Origin: Narcine bancroftii
Lineage: Eukaryota
Length of the DNA: 64,000 nucleotides
Reading direction: 5' to 3'
Assembly (NCBI RefSeq): GCF_036971445.1
Contig: NC_091471.1
Coordinates: forward strand, 131,440,001 to 131,504,000
Within the stretch, counting starts at the first letter, position 1; every line of letters starts with the position of its first letter. The notes under the pieces were generated by a model. It searched no databases. It was not told the DNA's origin and worked only from the letters and a program-made list of their open reading frames with translations. A program made the translations under genes and the position numbers. Below are positions 61,451 through 64,000 of this stretch, piece after piece.

Positions 61451-62739
61451 CTACACTTGATCTTAGCTAAAAACCCAAGAAGATGCTGTGCTATGAAATT
61501 AGGTGCTTGTGTTACTACTAAAACCTACTAACTGAGTAAGAAAATACCTGTGTGTCCTGAACTTTGTACTGACCACATTTGGGTTACAGAGAGAAAGAAC
61601 TGTTACTAATCATTGAATGTTCAGCTGGTGCAATGATTTTTTTTTCAGTTAGTGATTTGTGTTATTTGTCGTGCTGTTGTCCCACTTGTGAGGGTGCATA
61701 ACTGGAACTGCTGATTTTCCAACCTTCATTCTTATTTGGAGAAGATCAGTAGCATGTCCTTGTGATTTTTAGGTGGTTCCTTGCAATGTGTTTGGATAAT
61801 TAAGAATAGGCCAATATAAATGTCCTGTTTGGTTGGCATTTCTTTTTCTTGTGAGATATTCACTGAGCATGCTCTTAATATTAGATTGTTAATCATTATT
61901 GAAGAAATATGTCACAAGAGTGTTGATTGTCGGATGATATATGCAGGGCTCTAAATAAAATATTTTAAATTCTGGGATTTGCTTTAAGGTTCAAGAATTT
62001 TTTTTTGCCTCAAGGTATTTGCAACAAGTGTACTTCCTGTCACTCGTTTAAAACTGTGCAATAACTTTCTTTTGTGACTATAATTTTAATAACACAAAAT
62101 ATTCATGTAATTTAATGTTCTTGTCCTAAACTCTGGAATTACAAGAATGCCTTTTGGTTTCCTGGAATGTAGGTAATTAAATTCTGCGCAGTAGGACGCA
62201 GGTATTGGAAAATGTATGCTGTGTTGTTTAACCTGTAGGCTTCAATATGAATGGAGAGATTTGTTCATCCAATTTAGAATGTAATTGCATATTGCGTGTG
62301 ATTTGAAAAACACTGGAAATGTTTTCTTTAAACATTTGCTAAATACACCTTGAGGATTTATTAATAGGTGTAAATATTGCATCATGCTCCATGGTTCAAA
62401 AGATAACATTTTAAAGGGGTTACATTCTCAGCTGCAATATTAAAGGAAAACCATTTTGTAATGGGATAATTCATCTTTATTGATGATTCAATAGCTTTGA
62501 GAAGGGATCTCAATGCCGTTGGATCAAAGTACATTAGCATTTTATTCTTCCAGGTTCTTTCAGGTGTATATTGTAGAAAAATCCTCATAATACCCTGTAC
62601 ATTAGTGCACAACATTTCAAGCTGATCATACTGCACTTTTTTTTTGGAAGGTTTCCTTACTTTGATGCAAGTCCTTTCATTTTAATACCAGGAATAATCT
62701 TAATTATTTTTCAGTTGCTCTCTGACAAACAGGAACAAT

Positions 62740-63950
62740 TAAACATTGAAAATTACAGCAGAGTACAGGCCCTTCAGCTCACGTTGTGCAAATGATAGGA
62801 ACCTACTCATCAAACCTTACACCCATTATCCTCTATTTTTCTTGTCCCCATGTGCCTGCCTAAGAGTCTTTTAAATGTCTCTATTCCACCAGCCTCTCCC
62901 ACCACACCAAGCATAAACTACTCTCTGTACTGGTAATTAAAAAAAAAAAATTGCCTCTGACATCTCCTCTAAACTTAACTCCCTCACCTTGTACAGATGC
63001 CCTCTGGTCTTTGCCACTTTTGCCCAAGAAAAGGGTGCTGGCTGTCCACCCAATCTATGCCTCTCACAATCTTATAGATCTTGAAGTCACTTCTCATCCT
63101 GCTTTGCTCCAAAGAGAAAAGCTGCAGCTCTATTAACCTTGCCTCATAAACACATTCTCCAATCTAGACAACATCCTTGTAAAACTCCTCTACACTCTCC
63201 ACAGCTTCCACATCCTTCCTGTAATGAGATGACCAGAACTGAACACAATATTGCAAAGTGTGGTTTGACCAGAGTTTACAGAATTGCAAAATTGCCTCAC
63301 AACTCTTGAACTCAATCTCCTGACTAATGAAGGCCAGCACATTATATTTCTTCTTAACTACGTGATGATATCTATGGTTTTGGATGCCAAGGTTCTTCTG
63401 TTCTTCCACATTGTTAAGAATCCTGCAATTAATCAAGTACTTTGTTTTCAAGTTTGACCTACCAAAATGCATCACTTCACACTTCTTTGGATTGAACTCT
63501 GCCACTTTTTTGCCCAACTCTGCATGCTGTCTACATCCTTTTGTACCCCGTTTCAATCTTCTCCACAATCCGCAAGACCTCCAACCTTTGTGTCATCTGA
63601 AAACTTATGGATCCATCCCTCTACATCTTCATCCAGGTAATTTATAAACGTCACAAAGCAGGGGGTCCCAGAACAGATCTCTGCGGCACTCTGCGGCAGA
63701 GTAATTAATAAACGTCACAAAGCAGGGGGTCCCAGAACAGATCTCTGCGGCACTCTGCGGCAGAGTAATTTATAAACGTCACAAAGCAGGGGGTCCCAGA
63801 ACAGATCTCTGCGGCACTCCCACTGGTTACTGATCTCCAGGATAAGTTCCATCTACTACTACCTTTTGTTTTCTGCAGGCAAGCCAATTCTGAATCTACT
63901 CAGCCGAGGATCCATAGATCTCATGATTTTCTGAAGGAGTCTACCCTGGA
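62740..63950 (-). mobile_element. Decayed CR1 3' portion containing a 64-bp tandem triplication
   Basis: EFNPKKCEVMHFG and YCVQFWS..YRKDV motifs, with a CR1 3' tail near 62745-62775. Confidence 0.85.
63637..63819. repeat. Tandem repeat, 64-bp period, about 2.9 copies
   Basis: Units start at 63637, 63701 and 63765 and differ by one visible substitution. Confidence 0.95.
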
Positions 63951-64000
63951 CGAACATACATCCAGCCTCTGATAGTTTGGGGCTTTGTTTTGCAAAAGCT

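Noticed and set aside
63637-63819. CRISPR-like repeat array
   Set aside because: The intervening segments are identical rather than unique spacers, the unit is CR1 RT sequence, there are no cas genes, and the context is eukaryotic.

Overview
This window is vertebrate nuclear DNA. The repeat families and gene sequences suggest a cartilaginous fish, probably a batoid (inference). It contains a complete 7-exon QDPR (dihydropteridine reductase) gene on the + strand, with CDS from 14396 to 37279 giving 240 aa and all introns GT-AG. The first coding exon of CLRN2 (clarin-2) lies head-to-head on the - strand, about 3 kb upstream of the QDPR start codon. An unassigned CpG-rich, promoter-like region lies at about 52.65-53.48 kb. 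The rest is dense transposon sequence: CR1, Rex/Babar, RTE, L1 and Tx1 LINEs, Penelope fragments with degenerate hammerhead-like cores, tRNA-derived SINEs, Gypsy-type LTRs, hAT and Tc1/pogo-type MITEs, and a decayed two-gene Harbinger element. There is also a 204-nt N gap. Almost all ORFs in the supplied track are transposon fragments or spurious. I found no convincing new biological system. The most unusual observations are structural: a multi-level transposon nest with readable target-site duplications (TSDs), an LTR that keeps a primer-binding-site remnant inside its TSD, templated or fold-back insertions, a repeat array made of QDPR exon-2 donor-like copies, and the orphan CpG island.
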